A stretch of 64,000 nucleotides of DNA, from assembly GCA_038319835.1 (NCBI GenBank), contig JBBQDQ010000003.1, positions 5,279 to 69,278 on the forward strand, in the 5' to 3' direction. The position numbers and the translations under genes were made by a program. Shown here piece after piece: positions 36,301-46,081 of the stretch. Within the stretch, counting starts at the first letter, position 1; each line of letters starts with the position of its first letter. The DNA is from Thermoanaerobaculia bacterium (lineage in GTDB: Bacteria; Acidobacteriota; Thermoanaerobaculia; UBA5066). The notes beneath the pieces were generated by a model, which searched no databases, was not told the DNA's origin, and was given only the letters and a program-made list of their open reading frames with translations.

Positions 36301-36740
36301 ACGCTTTCGCCTCCGCGGGCGCCGGATCGAACCAGCCCCGCGTCCGATTGCACGCGGCGCAGACCGTGAGCATCACGGGCACCTCGACGAGGACGCCGAC
36401 CGTCGTCGCGAGGGCCGCCCCGGAACCCGGGCCGAAGAGCGCGATCGACGTCGCGACGGCGAGCTCGAAGAAGTTGCTCGCGCCGATGAGCGACCCCGGC
36501 GCCACGACCGCGTGGCGCACGCCCGCGAGCTTCATGAGCCCGTACGAGAGACCGGCGCCGCGGCGAGGATGACGGCGCCGGCGATGTACTGGTCGGCCTC
36601 GGCCGGCGCGATCCACGCCGCGAAGACGTGCCGGAAGAAGAGCCAGGCGAGGAACGCCATCGAGAAGGGCTTGACGACCCAGTTCACGAAGAGCGTCACG
36701 AGGAGGCCCGGAGAGACAGCCAGCGCTCGAAGACGCCCAT
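36299..36740 (-). pseudogene. acr3: Acr3 arsenite efflux permease remnant with two internal out-of-frame deletions
   Basis: Three Acr3-like patches lie in different frames: [10 protein letters not shown] (from ATG 36740); [24 protein letters not shown]...[10 protein letters not shown]; and GLSYG...[39 protein letters not shown]...GWF. The total is less than half the normal length. Confidence 0.7.
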
Positions 36741-36748
36741 CGCCTGGC

Positions 36749-37567
36749 TCAGGCCGGCTTCACGGCCCGGACGAACGCGCTCATGAACCTTCCGTCGACC
36801 TGCGGCGCCATCGCGTCCGCGTCGAGGCCCGCGGCCGCGAGGAAGTCGCGCGCGTCCTCGATCGTGTAGATCCGCGTGGGCGTGATCGAGACGTCGACGA
36901 AACCGGCCTTCTTCAGCTTCGACTCGAACTCCTTCTCCTCGAGGGCGCCCGCGAGGCAGCCGATCCAGAGCTCGACGTTGCGGCGTACGTCCGCCGGCAC
37001 GTCCCCGCGCACGACGACGTCCGAAACCGCGAAGCGGCCGCCCGGCTTCAGGACCCGGAACGCCTCCGCGAGCGCGCGGTCCTTGTCGGCCGAGAGGTTC
37101 ACGACGCAGTTCGAGATGATGACGTCGACGACGCCGTCGGGCAGGGGCACGTGCTCGAGCTCGCCCTTGAGAAACTCGACGTTCGTCACGCCCGCGACGC
37201 GCTGGTTCTCGCGCGCGAGAGTGAGCATCTCGTCCGTCATGTCGAGGCCGTAGACCTTGCCCGTCTCGCCCACGCGGCGCGCCGAAAGAAGGACGTCGAT
37301 CCCGCCGCCCGAGCCGAGGTCGAGGACCGTCTGGCCCTCGTGAATCTCCGCGAGCGCCGTCGGGTTGCCGCAGCCGAGCGAGGCCGAGACGGCGGCGGCC
37401 GGAAGGCCGAGCGTCTGGTCCGCCCCGTAGAGGTTCGAGGTGATGGGGTCTTTCGCGCCCGCGATCGCCGAAGCGCCGCCGCAGCACGCGCTCCCGCCCG
37501 ACGTGGCCCTCAGTGCCGCGGCCGCGTAGCGCTCTTTCACGATGTCCTTGATGCCTGTGTCCGCCAT
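36749..37567 (-). CDS. arsM: Arsenite S-adenosylmethionine methyltransferase
   Basis: ATG 37567. SAM motif VLDLGSGGG. Conserved Cys sites at SACCGG, LGCGNP and WIGCLAGA. Confidence 0.9.
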   Translation of the reverse strand: MADTGIKDIVKERYAAAALRATSGGSACCGGASAIAGAKDPITSNLYGADQTLGLPAAAVSASLGCGNPTALAEIHEGQTVLDLGSGGGIDVLLSARRVGETGKVYGLDMTDEMLTLARENQRVAGVTNVEFLKGELEHVPLPDGVVDVIISNCVVNLSADKDRALAEAFRVLKPGGRFAVSDVVVRGDVPADVRRNVELWIGCLAGALEEKEFESKLKKAGFVDVSITPTRIYTIEDARDFLAAAGLDADAMAPQVDGRFMSAFVRAVKPA

Positions 37568-37618
37568 GGGAGGCTCCTTAATGATCAACAGATCTTGATG
37601 CATTGACGACGACGAAGC

Positions 37619-37798
37619 TCAGCAGCACCGGGCCGCACCCTCCCGGACGGACCCGACGAAGCGCGTGATCTCGGAAAGCGTGTCCGGACGAAGGGCGTAG
37701 TGCACCCAGCGGCCCGCGCGCCGGTCGGACACGAGGCCGCCGTCCTTCAGGGCCTTGCGGTGGAACGACAGGCGCAACTGGCCGAAGCTATCCGCGGA
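37619..37798 (-). pseudogene. arsR: 3' remnant of an ArsR/SmtB-family repressor gene
   Basis: Only the recognition helix, wing and C-terminus survive (...FGQLRLSFHRKALKDGGLVSDRRAGRWVHYALRPDTLSEITRFVGSVREGAARCC*). There is no upstream start, and the N-terminal half is replaced by the 3' end of the DinB gene. Confidence 0.6.
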
Positions 37799-38705
37799 GC
37801 GCCTTGATCTTTCCGACGTGCGCGTCGCCGTGGTCCGCGAGGCGGACCGCGAGCTGCTCGACGGTCACCTCTCCTGCTTCGGGGTGCAGGCCCGTCTTCA
37901 ACCAGGCCTCGTGCGGAAGCGTGCGCAGGAGGGCGATCGAGTCCTCCCGCAGGCGCTTGAACTCCTTGGCGACCTCGGCCGGATCGGCCTCGGCGTACTT
38001 CAACGCCGAAGCGGCCGCGTCGTTGTCGAGCATCCAGAACGCCGGCTTCTCGCCGAAGGCCATCTGCGAGAAGCGGCTCTGGTACACGCGCTCGATGTCG
38101 CGGACGTGAGCGGCGCTCTCGACCATCGACCACTTCCCGCCGGCCGCCTTCTTCCGCAGCACGTCGTCGGGCACGCCCTTGAGAGCCGCGGCGAGAGCCG
38201 CCGGGCCTGCCGCGAGCCGCTCGAGCACGGTGTAGCGCCGCTTGATGGCCTCGATCTGCCCGAGATGGGCCGTGTCGTTGCCGAGTGCATGCCGCTGGAT
38301 CAGATCTTCCATCGTGAGGCGGCCCGCCGTGGAGTGGATTCCAGCGCGCGCCCACTGGGCCTTGCCGGCCTTGCGCAGGAGCTGGAGCGTCTGTTTCCGA
38401 AGCGCGGCCCACTCCCTGACGACCTCGGGGGCCTTCTGGCTGCGGTACGAGCGCAGGATCGCGAGCGCCTCGCCGTTGATGTCCGGCAGCGCGGGGTCGT
38501 TCTCCGAGAGGATGCGCGTGTAGCGCTCGATGTAGGCCTCGCGCTCCATGTCGCGCATGTGACAGAGGATCTCGACGATCGACCACTTGCCCGGGGCGGG
38601 CGTCCAGTGGAGGACCTTCTTCGAGAGCCCCTTGATCGCGGCCTTGAGGGTCTGCGGCGTCGTGGCGAGCGTCTCGAAGAAGCGGCGGCGTTCGAAGTCT
38701 TCCAT
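37788..38705 (-). CDS. DinB-family protein (two tandem DinB_2-like four-helix-bundle domains)
   Basis: 305 aa. Each half carries the W(S)IVE...H.RD.E and H...H.GQI motifs. Confidence 0.75.
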   Translation of the reverse strand: MEDFERRRFFETLATTPQTLKAAIKGLSKKVLHWTPAPGKWSIVEILCHMRDMEREAYIERYTRILSENDPALPDINGEALAILRSYRSQKAPEVVREWAALRKQTLQLLRKAGKAQWARAGIHSTAGRLTMEDLIQRHALGNDTAHLGQIEAIKRRYTVLERLAAGPAALAAALKGVPDDVLRKKAAGGKWSMVESAAHVRDIERVYQSRFSQMAFGEKPAFWMLDNDAAASALKYAEADPAEVAKEFKRLREDSIALLRTLPHEAWLKTGLHPEAGEVTVEQLAVRLADHGDAHVGKIKALRG

Positions 38706-38714
38706 GGGGCCTCC

Positions 38715-39311
38715 TCAGCCGGCTCGGACGCCGTTGAGCGGTTTGTCGAGCTCCGGAAACAGGAGCTCCTGCGGCTTGAGCCGAGGGAGCAGGGTGTCGA
38801 GGACGTGCTGGGACCAGTCCGCGCGGCGCGCGGGATCGAGGACGACGTGCGGCACGCCCCACACGGCGAGGGTCTGCTGGATCGAGCGGTCGATCTCGTG
38901 CTGGAAGGCGAGGTCCGTGTCGCGCACCCCGTCGAACCGCGGATCGCCGACGATCGGGACCTTGAAGAGCGCGTCGTAGCTCCGCGTCCAGCTCCTCACG
39001 AGGCCCTCGAGGACCGCCTCCTCGGGACCGCCGGTGAAGGCCCTCTTCATGTAGCAGAAGTTGTCCAGGACCGCGCGGTCGCAGAACACGACGTCGGCCT
39101 TCGCCTCGGCCTGCAGCTCCCAGGCGATCTGCGTGTGGAGGATCCAGGACTGCGCCTTGAGCGTCGTGTCACGGTTGATCGGGAGCGGGCACTCCCGGGC
39201 GACCTCCCGGACGAGCTCGACGGTCACGTCCCTCTTCTTCAGGGCCGCGGCGAGGTCGAAACAGAGAGTGGTCTTCCCGACCCCGTGCGTGCCGATGAAC
39301 GCGACCTTCAT
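38715..39311 (-). CDS. P-loop NTPase (AAA_28/NadR-kinase-like)
   Basis: 198 aa. Walker A GTHGVGKTT at the extreme N-terminus. Confidence 0.7.
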   Translation of the reverse strand: MKVAFIGTHGVGKTTLCFDLAAALKKRDVTVELVREVARECPLPINRDTTLKAQSWILHTQIAWELQAEAKADVVFCDRAVLDNFCYMKRAFTGGPEEAVLEGLVRSWTRSYDALFKVPIVGDPRFDGVRDTDLAFQHEIDRSIQQTLAVWGVPHVVLDPARRADWSQHVLDTLLPRLKPQELLFPELDKPLNGVRAG

Positions 39312-39458
39312 GCGGGAGCGAGACTACCCCACCCCCCACCCGGGAGTGATCCTCCTCACTCCGGCGCCCCGGGACCACGCTCTGGCGCTCCCGTTCCACA
39401 CGCCGCCATGGATTCCGCGGCCGGTTCGGCCTAAGTTCCCGGCTACATGGAGGCTGAC

Positions 39459-40019
39459 ATGAAGTTCCGACCCTCGATCCTCGCCGCGGCGTTCGGCGCC
39501 GCCGCCGTCTTTTCCGCTCCCGCGCCGGCGATCCAGAACGCCGAAGACGTCTCCGCGGGCGAGCGCTTCCGCCGGCCGAACGTCTCGATCGACGCGGAGG
39601 CGCGCCTCCCCGGCGGCGGGACGCTCGTCAAGGGCCCGGCCGACGTCGAAGTCGAGTCTCTCGGGCACGGCAATGTAAAGGCGACGTTCTTCCAGGGCGG
39701 CGTGCGCAAAGGCCAGGCCGACGGAATCATCGTCGGCGGTGGGAACCAGGCCATGAACGGCGTCGTCGTCGGCCCTCATCACAGAACGCGCCTGTCGAAG
39801 CTCTCCGACCTCGGGCTCGACGCGAACACCCCCTGCAGGTTGGTCCCGGGCGCCGGCAAAATCGACTTCGTGATCGGCAACCCCGGCGCGAACCAGATCC
39901 TGATCGGCCTCCTGCTGCCGGCCGCGCAGGCGCCCGCGATCGTCGTGCCGAAGCAGGGCCTGGTCGAACCGCCCGAGCCCGATAAGAAGCCCCGCAACGC
40001 CGACGTACAGGAGAAGTGA
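39459..40019 (+). CDS. Secreted protein of unknown function, paralog A
   Basis: ATG 39459 follows GGAGG, and there is a signal peptide. It shares FFQGGVRKG and N.ILIGLLLPA.Q motifs with the next gene. Confidence 0.55.
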   Translation: MKFRPSILAAAFGAAAVFSAPAPAIQNAEDVSAGERFRRPNVSIDAEARLPGGGTLVKGPADVEVESLGHGNVKATFFQGGVRKGQADGIIVGGGNQAMNGVVVGPHHRTRLSKLSDLGLDANTPCRLVPGAGKIDFVIGNPGANQILIGLLLPAAQAPAIVVPKQGLVEPPEPDKKPRNADVQEK

Positions 40020-40023
40020 CGCC

Positions 40024-40548
40024 ATGAAAACCACCATCGCCGCCCTCTTCCTCGCCGCCAGCACCGCCGCCTCCGCCCTGCCGACCGCCGCCGAGAAGGG
40101 CGTCGTCGTCCAGGGAGGCCTCCACTTCCAGAAGACGATCGTCCTCCAGGATGCGGCCTTCTGCGACGGCAGCGTCCGACTCGAAAAGGGCACGTACGAC
40201 GTCCGGTTCGAGTCGCGGCAGGGAAACAAGGTCCACGTCGAGTTCTTCCAGGGCGGCGTGCGCAAGGGCGAGGCGAACGGAATCGTCATCGTCAACAGCG
40301 TCCCGGCGGACAAGACGCGCAAGGGCTCCCCGGCCTCGTTCGAGGACCTCGGCCTTCGTCCCTCCTCGGCCCACGCGTTCCAGAAGCAGGGCGGGAAGCT
40401 CAACCTCGTCATCGGCGATCAGAGCTCGAACGCGATTCTGATCGGCCTCCTGCTCCCGGCCGTCCAGAGGAGCTTCGGGGACGGCTCGGTTCACCCCGGC
40501 GGCGTCAACCTCCCGTCCGAACAGAAGGTCCAGCCCGTCGGCAAGTAG
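40024..40548 (+). CDS. Secreted protein of unknown function, paralog B
   Basis: ATG 40024 follows AGGAGA, and there is a signal peptide. It is colinear with paralog A. Confidence 0.55.
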   Translation: MKTTIAALFLAASTAASALPTAAEKGVVVQGGLHFQKTIVLQDAAFCDGSVRLEKGTYDVRFESRQGNKVHVEFFQGGVRKGEANGIVIVNSVPADKTRKGSPASFEDLGLRPSSAHAFQKQGGKLNLVIGDQSSNAILIGLLLPAVQRSFGDGSVHPGGVNLPSEQKVQPVGK

Positions 40549-40551
40549 CCC

Positions 40552-41712
40552 TCAGCGCGGAGCGGAGAGGCCGACCTCGGCGAAGAGCCTCTCCGTGTCC
40601 TCGCCGAGGCGCGGAGGCCCCTGAGCCGGGGGATCTTGGAATCCTTCGAGGAAGAAAGGCGGGCGGATCGTCGGCACGGTTCGCCCGCTTCGGCTCACTT
40701 CGAGGATCGATCCCAGTGCGGTGGCCTGCGGCGACCGAATCGCCTCGAGCACCCCGGCCACCGGTCCTGCGGGGATACCCGCCTCCTTGCAGCGGGAGAG
40801 CCACGTCTCGCGCGTCCCCTCGGCGAAGACCCCGCCGAGGATCGACACGAGCGCCGCCCGGTTCGCCACGCGCGCCGCGTTCGTCGAGAAGCGGGGATCC
40901 TTCGCGAGATCCCCCCGCCCGAGGACCCTCTCGCAGAGAACCCCGAACTGCCGATCCGTGCCGACCGCGAGGAGGAACGGGCCGTCCGACGCTTCGAACA
41001 TCCGGTAGGGCTCGATCGAGGCGTGCGCATTTCCGTGGCGCGCAGCTTCCTTCCCGGTTGCGAGCGCGGCGCCGCCGACGTTCACGAGCGCCGCGAGACC
41101 CGTCGAAAGGAGGTTCGTCTTCACGTGCGCGCCCACGCCGTCGCGCGCGCGGGCGTTCAGCGCCGCGAGGATCTCCGCGAGCGCCGCCCAGCCCGCGAGG
41201 ACGTCGACGAGCGCGACGCCGATCTTGTGCGGCGCCCCGCCGGCCGGCCCCGTGATGGACATGAAACCCGTCGCGCCCTGTGCGAGGAGGTCGAAGCCCG
41301 GGTCGCCCGCCTGCGGGCCCGCGTCGCCGGCGCCCGAGATGGAGCACGCGACGAGGCGCGGGTTGAGGGCGAGCAGCGTTTCGACGCCGATCCCGCGCTT
41401 CTCGAGCGCGCCCGGCAGGAAGTTCTCGACGAGGACGTCGGCCTTCGCCGCCCAGCGCCGGACGAACTCCTGGCCCTCCGGCGTCCCGAGGTCCACGGCC
41501 GCCGACTCCTTGCGGCGATTCACGGAGAGGTAGTACGTCGCCTCCCCGTCGAGGACGGGCGGCGTCCAGGCCCGCGAGACGTCGCCGCCGCGCGGATCCT
41601 CCACCTTGACGACGCGAGCGCCGAGATCCGCGAGCAACATCGTCGCAAGCGGCCCCGCGAGGACGCGCGAGAGGTCGAGGACGACGATCCCGTCGAGCGG
41701 AGGCTTACGCAC
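40552..41712 (-). CDS. Family III CoA-transferase (CaiB/BaiF type)
   Basis: GTG 41712. N-terminus PLDGIVVLDLSRVLAGPLATMLLADLGARVVKVE, and ...VENFLPG....G. Confidence 0.85.
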   Translation of the reverse strand: MRKPPLDGIVVLDLSRVLAGPLATMLLADLGARVVKVEDPRGGDVSRAWTPPVLDGEATYYLSVNRRKESAAVDLGTPEGQEFVRRWAAKADVLVENFLPGALEKRGIGVETLLALNPRLVACSISGAGDAGPQAGDPGFDLLAQGATGFMSITGPAGGAPHKIGVALVDVLAGWAALAEILAALNARARDGVGAHVKTNLLSTGLAALVNVGGAALATGKEAARHGNAHASIEPYRMFEASDGPFLLAVGTDRQFGVLCERVLGRGDLAKDPRFSTNAARVANRAALVSILGGVFAEGTRETWLSRCKEAGIPAGPVAGVLEAIRSPQATALGSILEVSRSGRTVPTIRPPFFLEGFQDPPAQGPPRLGEDTERLFAEVGLSAPR

Positions 41713-41714
41713 GA

Positions 41715-44021
41715 TCAGAACAAAGGACGTTTCACGACCAGCACGGTCGTGTCGTCCGCGGGCGTGCCCTCGCCCACGTGTCGCCGCCAGTCCGCGAAGA
41801 GCGCGTCGACGATCGCCTCCGCCGGCCGACGCCACAGGCTCGCGACCGACAGGACGTCGCGCGGACGGTCGTAGCCGTACGGCGCGTCGACGAGGTCCGG
41901 CCCCTCGTAAAGGCCGTCCGACGCGAGGATGAGAACGCCGCCCCTCGGGATCTCGACCGGGATGTCGTCGTACGTGCGTTTCGGCCCCTGCCCGAGCGGC
42001 AGGCCCGACCCGACGATCTCGCGGCACACGCCCTCGTCGAGAAGGATCGGGTACGGGTGGCCCGCGTTCGCGAGGAGTCCCTTCCCCGTCTTCGGATCGA
42101 GGTTCAGGAGCGCGACGGACGTGAAGAGGCGCCCGCTCCTCCCCATCCGGAGCACGCGGTCGATCTCGACGAGGATCTCCGAGGGCTTCCGCCCCGCCTT
42201 CACGAGGCTCGCGAGCGACGCCATGACCATTGCCTGCTGGATCCCGCACGAGTAGCCGTGCCCCGAGACGTCGCCGGCCGCGATCCACAGCGAGCCCGCG
42301 TCGTCGATCACGAAGTCGAAGAGGTCGCCGCCCGCCTCCGTCGCGAGGACGGTCTTCACGGCGAGGTCGAAGCCCTCCACGGCGGGCGGCTTCTCGGGCA
42401 GCAGCGAGAGCTGCATGCGGGAGAGGAGGTCCATCTCGTACTTCACGCGGCGCTCGGACTCGAGCCGCCGGACGTACTCGGGCGCGTCGATCCGGCCCTC
42501 CTCCTCGGAATCGGGCCGCTTCCACCCGAAGACGCCGGCGGCGACGATCGCGAGGAGCGGGAGCCCGGTCGCGAGGGCGGCGAGGGCGTTGCCCTCGAGC
42601 GCGCGGCCGGCGACGAGCGCGTCCCTCAGGAGCGCCGACGAGACGCCGGCGACGAGGAGGGCCGCGAGGCCGTGCGCGTCGAAGACGCTCAGGAAAACGA
42701 GCGCGTAGAGGAGGCAGAGCGCGAGGCTGGCGCCCCACGGCTCGAGCGGCATGCCGGACGACAGGTACAGCGCGAACAGCACCGCTCCGGCCGTGCCCGC
42801 CCAGCGGCGCGGCAGGACGAAGCGCAGGAGGGCGACGAAGAGGACGAAGAGCGCCGCGTCGAACGCCCCCTCGAAGAAGGGACCCTTCTGGGTCTGGAAG
42901 AGCGGGTACGCGAACGAAGGTCCCGCGGGTCGCACATGCGGCGCGGCGAGCGCGGCGGCCGCGAACGCGAGAAGCGTGATCCCGACCGTCGCGGCTCCCG
43001 CACCGAGACCCGAGAGGATCGCGACGCCCCCGCGCGGCCCGAGGCGCCGGGCGACGAAGGAATCGAGGCTGGTCGTGAAGCCCGGGACCGTGTCCCTCAG
43101 CAGCGACTCGGCCACGGTCCAGAGAGCGAGCAGGTAGAGCAGGGAGAAGATCCGGACTCCGACCGCGATCGCGACGAAGCCGCCCGCCGCGAGCTCTTCG
43201 CCCGAGACGCCGCCGAGCACCTCGAAGACGAGGGCGAGCGCCGTGAGGAAGATCGCGATGCGGAAGCCGAGCCGCCTTCGGTAGAGGAGGAGGCCGAACG
43301 CGATCCCGACGGTCAGGAAGACGACGAAGGACGGGATGAACCGGTAGATGCGACGCGCGATGCCCTCGGCGTTGAAGTGCTTCGGCGCTTCCGGGTCGCG
43401 CAGACGGCGCGAGACGGACAGCCGGATCCCGCCCGACTCCACCGTCTGGACGTTCTCGGCCGGCATCCCGGCCGCCGCCGCGAGCGGCGTGATGCGCACG
43501 AGGACGTTCGTCGCCGGGAAGTCCAGCTCCTCGCCGGCCTTCGCCCGAGAGCCGCGCACGAGGTCCTCGAGCTTCGCCGAGAACGCGCGCCGCACGTTCC
43601 GCGTCTTCTCGTCCGGCCCTTCGAAGATGGAGCCCTCCGGCGACCAGTCGACCGCCTGGATCGAGCCGTCGGGCGAGAGCGCGATCTCGACGGGACCGGC
43701 GCCGCCGCCCGGAACGGCCGCCGTCCCCTTCACGGTCCAGGCGAACGCGCCGCCCGTCGTTTCGAGATAGGGCCGCGCGTCCGGGCCCAGGCGGCGATAG
43801 GCGCGCTCGAAGTCCGACGAGAGGTTCGGGCGAGCCGAGAAGGCGAGTGTCGCCCTCGTGAGCGTCGCCCCGGCCTCGCGCATCGCGGCGCGCGCGTTTT
43901 CCACGGCGTTCGGGGGGCGCGGCGGCACGGACCGCCACTCGGGCAGCACGGCGAACGCCGCCGCGAGGCCGGCGGCCAGGAGGGCGCCGCCCCCGAAGAG
44001 CGAGACACGCGGGAGGCGCAC
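41715..44021 (-). CDS. Membrane-anchored SpoIIE/PP2C-family serine phosphatase with large N-terminal extracytoplasmic and polytopic region
   Basis: Start is GTG 44021 or TTG 44027, next to the nadA stop. About 10 TM helices. C-terminal PP2C motifs GGDLFDF, AAGDVSGHG, ANAGHPYP and LASDGLYE. Confidence 0.8.
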   Translation of the reverse strand: MRLPRVSLFGGGALLAAGLAAAFAVLPEWRSVPPRPPNAVENARAAMREAGATLTRATLAFSARPNLSSDFERAYRRLGPDARPYLETTGGAFAWTVKGTAAVPGGGAGPVEIALSPDGSIQAVDWSPEGSIFEGPDEKTRNVRRAFSAKLEDLVRGSRAKAGEELDFPATNVLVRITPLAAAAGMPAENVQTVESGGIRLSVSRRLRDPEAPKHFNAEGIARRIYRFIPSFVVFLTVGIAFGLLLYRRRLGFRIAIFLTALALVFEVLGGVSGEELAAGGFVAIAVGVRIFSLLYLLALWTVAESLLRDTVPGFTTSLDSFVARRLGPRGGVAILSGLGAGAATVGITLLAFAAAALAAPHVRPAGPSFAYPLFQTQKGPFFEGAFDAALFVLFVALLRFVLPRRWAGTAGAVLFALYLSSGMPLEPWGASLALCLLYALVFLSVFDAHGLAALLVAGVSSALLRDALVAGRALEGNALAALATGLPLLAIVAAGVFGWKRPDSEEEGRIDAPEYVRRLESERRVKYEMDLLSRMQLSLLPEKPPAVEGFDLAVKTVLATEAGGDLFDFVIDDAGSLWIAAGDVSGHGYSCGIQQAMVMASLASLVKAGRKPSEILVEIDRVLRMGRSGRLFTSVALLNLDPKTGKGLLANAGHPYPILLDEGVCREIVGSGLPLGQGPKRTYDDIPVEIPRGGVLILASDGLYEGPDLVDAPYGYDRPRDVLSVASLWRRPAEAIVDALFADWRRHVGEGTPADDTTVLVVKRPLF

Positions 44022-44023
44022 GC

Positions 44024-45007
44024 TCAAGACCGCGAGCCGCCGGGCGCGAGCGTCACGCCCGCCGTCATCTCGAGCATGCGGTCGATCGACTTTTTCGCCT
44101 TCAGGCGCACGGGCTCGGGCACCTCGATCTGCGGCGCGAGATCGCGCAGGCACCGGGCGAGCTTCTCGAGCGTGTTGCGCTTCATGTGCGGGCACGTGTT
44201 GCAGGAGCAGTCCGCAACGGGAGGAGCCGGGATGAGCGTCTTCTGCGGCGCCGCGAGCCGCATCTGGTGGAGGATCCCCTCCTCCGTCGCGACGATGAAC
44301 GCCTGCTTCGGGGACGTCACGACGTGCTTGAGGAGCCCCGACGTCGACGCGACGAACGCGGCGTGCGCGAGGAGGCGCGGCTCGCACTCGGGGTGCGCGA
44401 TGACCTCGGCGTCCGGGTGACGCGCCACGAGGTCGAGGAGCTTCTGCTCGGAGAACGTCTCGTGGACGACGCACGTCCCCGGCCACACGACGAACTTGCG
44501 GTTCAGCTTCTTCTCGAGCCACGCCGCGAGGTTGCGGTCCGGCGCGAAGACGACCGGGTCCGGGATCTGGCGGAGGATGACCTCGGCCGACGACGACGTC
44601 ACGATGACGTCCGAGAGGGCCTTCACGCCCGCCGAGCAGTTGATGTAGCTGACGACCGTGTGGCCCGGGTACTTCTTCAGCCACTCGGCGAAGAGCGGGG
44701 CCGGGCAGCCGTCCGCCAGAGAGCACCCCGCCTCGAGGTCCGGCACGACGACCGTCTTTTCCGGCGTCAGGATCTTCGACGTCTCGGCCATGAAGTGGAC
44801 GCCGGCGAAGGCGATGACGGGCTCCTTCGCCTCCTTGCCGCGGCGCGCGAGCTCGAGCGAGTCGCCCACGAAGTCCGCGAGGTCCTGGATCTCGGACTCC
44901 TGGTAGTAATGCGCGAGGACGACCGCGTTCCGATCCTTCTTCAGGCGGCGGATCTCCGCCTCGAGGTCGAGGCCCGGAAGAGATTCAATCGCACTCACGG
45001 CGCTCAT
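44024..45007 (-). CDS. nadA: Quinolinate synthase
   Basis: 327 aa from ATG 45007. Motifs VLAHYYQ, VHFMAET, YINCSA, AHPEC and CPHMK. Confidence 0.95.
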   Translation of the reverse strand: MSAVSAIESLPGLDLEAEIRRLKKDRNAVVLAHYYQESEIQDLADFVGDSLELARRGKEAKEPVIAFAGVHFMAETSKILTPEKTVVVPDLEAGCSLADGCPAPLFAEWLKKYPGHTVVSYINCSAGVKALSDVIVTSSSAEVILRQIPDPVVFAPDRNLAAWLEKKLNRKFVVWPGTCVVHETFSEQKLLDLVARHPDAEVIAHPECEPRLLAHAAFVASTSGLLKHVVTSPKQAFIVATEEGILHQMRLAAPQKTLIPAPPVADCSCNTCPHMKRNTLEKLARCLRDLAPQIEVPEPVRLKAKKSIDRMLEMTAGVTLAPGGSRS

Positions 45008-45058
45008 CTTAACGCCCCCCAAAGCGGCGGAATTCCCTTTGCTACACTGCCCGCGTCG

Positions 45059-46081
45059 ATGAGCGCGCACGTGGAATCGATGGTCCCGACGACGTCCCCG
45101 TGGATCTCGAATCCGCGCTGGGACCTGCTTGTCCTGTCCTTTTCGGCCGTCCTCGTGGTGGTGCCGCCGCTCGTCCACTCCCTCGGGAAGACGACGGCCG
45201 GCGGGGTGGACCTCCTCATCACTTTGCTCATCGGCGGCCCTCACATGTACGCGACCTTCCTGAAGACGGTTTTCGAGCCGAACTTCCGGAAGATCCACCC
45301 CGCGCTCACGTTCGCGCCCGTCGTGATCATTCCCCTGATCGTGATCTCGGGCGCGATCTTCGCGTTCCAGGCGCTGCTCACGTTCTTCTTCACGTGGGCC
45401 TCGATCCACGTGTGCGACCAGGCCTCGTACATCGCCTACCTCTACCGCGAGAAGGGCGGCGCCGCGAAGCCCTGGCAGCGCGGTCTCGACGTGGCCGCGA
45501 TTCTCTTCTCGCTCTACAGTTACGCGATGTACCGGCACGTCGCCGGCACGTTCCGGATCGGCGACACGACGCTCTGGTTCCCCGGGTTCCTCAAGCACGC
45601 GTGGTTCGCGAACGGCTTCGCCGCCGTGACCGCCGCGATCCTCGCGACATGGATCGTCTACACGCTCAACCAGCTCCGGCGGCGCGAGCTCGGAGGGCCG
45701 TACGTCTTCTTCATGACGCTCACGGTCGGCGTCGCCCTCTTCATTCCGCGCATGCAGGAGCTCTCTGTGTCCTTCCAGGGCTTCAACGCGTGGCACTCCT
45801 TCCAGTACCTCGGGCTCACGTACCTCATCCTCCAGCAGGACAACACGATCGCGAAGGAATCGATCGCGAAGAGGCTCGCGAAACCCGGACAGTTCTTCAA
45901 GTACTACGGCTGGAACATCCTCCTCACGACCGGCGCGACGATCGTGATCGTCCTCCTCACGATCGTCCTCAAGCTGCCGGCCGAGCCGAGCTACTACGCG
46001 GTCGTCCTCTCGTTCCTCCTCGTGCACTACGCGCACGACCACGTGCTCTTCGCCTTCGGGAGCGGGTTCCGCCCGAAGTGA
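45059..46081 (+). CDS. His-rich polytopic membrane protein, function unknown
   Basis: 340 aa with about 8 TM helices. Conserved-looking His clusters at GGPHMYATF, WASIHVCDQ, FNAWHSFQYLG and LLVHYAHDHVLF. Confidence 0.55.
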   Translation: MSAHVESMVPTTSPWISNPRWDLLVLSFSAVLVVVPPLVHSLGKTTAGGVDLLITLLIGGPHMYATFLKTVFEPNFRKIHPALTFAPVVIIPLIVISGAIFAFQALLTFFFTWASIHVCDQASYIAYLYREKGGAAKPWQRGLDVAAILFSLYSYAMYRHVAGTFRIGDTTLWFPGFLKHAWFANGFAAVTAAILATWIVYTLNQLRRRELGGPYVFFMTLTVGVALFIPRMQELSVSFQGFNAWHSFQYLGLTYLILQQDNTIAKESIAKRLAKPGQFFKYYGWNILLTTGATIVIVLLTIVLKLPAEPSYYAVVLSFLLVHYAHDHVLFAFGSGFRPK

